A DNA stretch of 63,137 bases, filler included, from Folioceros fuciformis (taxonomy: Eukaryota): assembly GCA_049999805.1 (NCBI GenBank). It is 7 parts of 7 records of this genome, joined end to end, with 100 filler letters (N's around TTAATTAATTAA, not from the genome) between each part and the next. Parts side by side here need not be neighbours in the genome. Positions count along the whole stretch, not along the records: positions 57,955 to 60,558 come from JBNGIO010001229.1; positions 60,659 to 63,137 come from JBNGIO010001239.1; 5 more parts are not named here. One strand, 5' to 3'. The first letter of the stretch is position 1. Every line of letters begins with the position of its first letter. The translations under genes and the position numbers were made by a program. Positions 59,829 to 63,137 of the stretch are shown piece after piece. Under the pieces are notes generated by a model. It searched no databases, had not been told where the DNA came from, and worked only from the letters and a program-made list of their open reading frames with translations.

Positions 59829-60558
59829 TGTGGAGGCAAAACCCCGGGCACTTATTGCCGACGGGTTCCACCTTTAGTGGCCACACTTATCCCACTATCG
59901 TTGAGACATTGGGTTTCGTTCCCACGAAGGAGCGATGGGGTTCCTTGCTGCTATGGATAGAGGGTCAGACTTGATCAACTCGATGATGGATTCGAGGGCT
60001 CCCCTCCAGCTCCGATCAGGCGTAGGACAGGCCTCGCTATCCGGTGGTCAGCTGCACCTCTCTCGATGCCCACAAACTCACTCCAGTCACTACAACGACT
60101 CTAACCTCTCAGATCTGCGACTTCCTTTACTCACTTCACTCACTCTCTCGCTCCAGCACCAACACCAACAACTACCAGCAACTAGCAACGACACCACTAC
60201 CTTCTACACTTCCCTACGGACTCCTCCTACCCGGCAAGAGTCACTAGACTAACCCCAAACAAAAGGAAGAAGGGAACACACTCCCCTCTTGGGTATCTCC
60301 TCCCCACAACCTTACCAGACGCCATGAGACATGGCTGGCCTACAACACTTGACCAAGCAAAGAACAAGAGTGGACAGGTTGAGAGAAAGACACACCCTTT
60401 ACAATCAAGAGCTAGGGGCAAGCCCCTACACCCTGGTCAATACACCTTATGATCCTACCAGACACTATACAACCGGCAACACGCTGCCCGCGATCCTACC
60501 AGACACTGTACAGCCGACAACACGCTGCCTGCGATCCTACCAGACATTGTACAGCCGG
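59829..60558. mobile_element. LTR copy, same family and orientation as 19407, truncated by linker
   Basis: Begins TGTGGAGGCAAAACC and is colinear with 19407-20136, including the 41-bp repeats. Confidence 0.88.
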
Positions 60559-60658
60559 NNNNNNNNNNNNNNNNNNNNNNNNNNNNNNNNNNNNNNNNNN
60601 NNTTAATTAATTAANNNNNNNNNNNNNNNNNNNNNNNNNNNNNNNNNNNNNNNNNNNN
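60559..60658. other. Artificial contig linker
   Basis: N44-TTAATTAATTAA-N44. Confidence 0.97.
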
Positions 60659-62115
60659 ATCCCACACCCAAGTTCTTTGTGTTTTGGCAAGGTTATTTAA
60701 GGTTATTATCATATTTATGATAAATTTTTCCATTAATTACTCCAAAAAAACAAGATGGGAAATTTATCTACTCAGAAAGCGGTGGAACAACTCCAAGGGT
60801 AGTTAACAGGGTTAGAGTCTACCTACCACTACCACTAGAGTGGTTGTCACCACCTTTCCTATCATTGTCATAGTCTTGGATATGGCATTAGCCAACACCC
60901 ACTGCAGTGCAGTAGAAACCCTGATTATCAAAAAAGAGGGACCAGAAAGGCTAAATCCTACATTGGAATCATTGGCTCTTCAACCAACCGTTTCTGGAGG
61001 CATTCAAGGTCACTAATGTCCTTTATATTGCCTGTGTGCTTGTAAAGAACCCTATTTTTGGAACATGAAAAGAGGACATTTGCATGAATAGCCTATAATT
61101 AGTATACTTTTTAAGAATATCATAAAAGATCAACGTGTACCACTTTCTAGAAATTAGCATAAACTAGTTCAACAAAGGTATAATTGACATAACAAAGCCT
61201 ACTTGAATTTCATAAAACATAGGTCTTGCCATAAACATAATATGCTAAAATTATACTTAATTAGAAGTTCCTTGCTAATCTTGAGTGTTCATATCATATA
61301 TAGAGATTTCAGTTAATGACATCCATGTCGAAGTGAAATTCTTCTCTTGGAACCAATGAAAAATGTCGTTGAGGCCCTAATAAAGGCATAAAATAATTAG
61401 AAGATGTCAAATATGGTTTTTGTTTAGCATTTTTTCCTCCAATATCTTGAGATATGTACCCCTCGTAGTTGTTGTGGTTAGGTGATTTCTCCACGGCCTT
61501 TTCTATATCACTCACTACCTTATAGTCGTCACTAACCTCAGCCAAGGGTCTTGCCAAACCAAGGGCCCCCAACCCTGCCAACAGCCAAGGGTTTTGCCAA
61601 CTAAGGGGCCTTGGCCTCAAGCAGGGCCGAGGCCTAAAATGGCCCTTGTGTGCAAGTTGAGGCCCTAGATGGTTTCCATGTGGGAGTTGAGACCCTAGAT
61701 GGCCCCTATGCATGAGATTCAAGCCCTAAATTACATAATTGTAGATTGTAGTTGCACTTTGAAGTTGGAGATTGAAGTTTTACATGGCCTTGCAGATTGA
61801 AAGGTGCAAAGCGTTATTACATATTGTAGCTAAATTGACGATGTACATTGTAGTTGCCTTTTGTCTTCCACACTACAATTGCAGTCTATCGTAGGTGTTG
61901 ATAAAATGTGCTGAAATTCATTACCTACAGTGAAAATTGTGCAAAAAACGATTGTTGCCAAAACTGAATGAATAAAATAATCAATACAAAATGTTTACAA
62001 AACATGTGTTTAAATATTCATGACCTAGAGTCATGTTGTTTCACTTTAACTAAACATATTTAATCTAAATTAAATACATACAACCCTAAGTGTGACAGGG
62101 CTTGTTATCTTAACA

Positions 62116-63137
62116 CTCCCTCTCAAGCTTCACGCTTAGGTAACAACTGGTCTAGAACAATCTCCACAGAAATGAAGCAAGACAAATAGTCCACTAGCGG
62201 GCGATGATTCTCCACACATGAGGCGTCCCCCACTTTGTGATAGAAAACACATGTGCTGGCGGCGTAGCAGCAGAAGTCTTGAAATTGAAGAAAGCTCATA
62301 AAGAAAAATGGAGATAAATAACTCACAACTGGTTGTCTACTTGTGGCTTCATCTACTGAGTCGTTCGCTCCCTCTGTAGGTCTAATCCTACACTATGTGT
62401 CATTCACATAAGCTGAGTAATCACCCAGCCCTAAGCCATCCATATGTTTATAGCATTTTGGCTTAGAAAGTGCTTTGGTTGGAATGTCGGCCACATTGTC
62501 ATCTGTTCCAACATAACTAACCTTCCTTACCCCTCTATCCACAGCATCCCTGATGTAATGATGGGATATCTCTATATGCTTGGTGCGTACATGGAATCGA
62601 GGGTTAGCGACCAGGGCAAGCGCTGACATGTTGTCACAAAGTATGGAGGTAGGGTCTTGTTGTGTCTGCCCCAAGTCTTGTAAAAACCTCCTCTCCCATT
62701 CAGCCTCCTTGGTGGCTTCAGTGAGAGATTTATACTCTACCTCCGTTGAAGACAAAGATATAGAGGGTTGCTTCTTGCAACTCCAATTAATGGGCTCCTG
62801 CAAGAAGAAAGCAATATGTGGAGAGGCTGCGACGGGAGTCAGCATCAGACGCCCAATCGGCATGTGTAAAACCTTGTAGAATGAGTTTAGCCTTGCCACT
62901 ACGCTTGTATATGAGCCCATGTGTCATTGTGCCTTCTAAGTATCTGAAGATACGCTTGACAGCAACCCAAAGAGCCCTACCAGGGTGTTCTAAGAACTGC
63001 GACACTGTACTAAATGCATACTGGATGTTAGGTCGGGTCCAGTTCGCCACGAAAATGAGACTTCCGACTGCGTGTCTGTATGGAAGATCTTGCATATCCA
63101 ACTGCTCCTCTGGGGTTTGCGCACATTGAAGACTAGT
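62116..63137 (-). mobile_element. Decayed Ty1/Copia RT/RNase H 3' end with PPT; the 3' LTR starts at 62115 and runs leftwards
   Basis: PYRHAVGSL, TRPNI, VKRIFRYL, ADWASD..RRS, SLSSTEVEY, CDNMSA, RTKHIEISHHYIRD and NVADIPTK; PPT TTGAGAGGGAG followed by TGTTAAG. Confidence 0.9.

Overview
Eukaryotic nuclear DNA from a compact non-seed land-plant genome. Evidence: short GT-AG introns, about 11 genes in 30 kb, plastid-targeted genes, PLS-type PPR remnants and the motile-cilium gene CFAP206. A hornwort/bryophyte-like host is an inference. The window is seven contigs joined by six artificial 100-nt linkers (N44-TTAATTAATTAA-N44), so adjacency across linkers is unproven. Contig 1 (1-7972) holds an LTR fragment, an MHX/NCX-family exchanger and an intronless CFAP206. 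8073-20709 and 52815-63137 are mostly decayed, partly nested Copia and Gypsy retroelements. The gene-rich contig 20810-52714 carries SMG7, PC4/KIWI, HY2-family bilin reductase, an ArnT/GT83-like glycosyltransferase, PPR and CCD relics, RsmI, ferredoxin, HOP2, a DedA-like protein, FPG, NDUFB4 and a conserved unknown protein. The most notable items are the intron-rich, cyanobacterial-looking ArnT-like gene; an HY2 with the Asn/Asp residue pair associated with phycocyanobilin-making algal HY2; an in-frame stop in FPG; a candidate SMG7 3'UTR intron; and a hairpin minisatellite beside duplicated CCD fragments. All family calls come from recalled motifs; no database searches were run.
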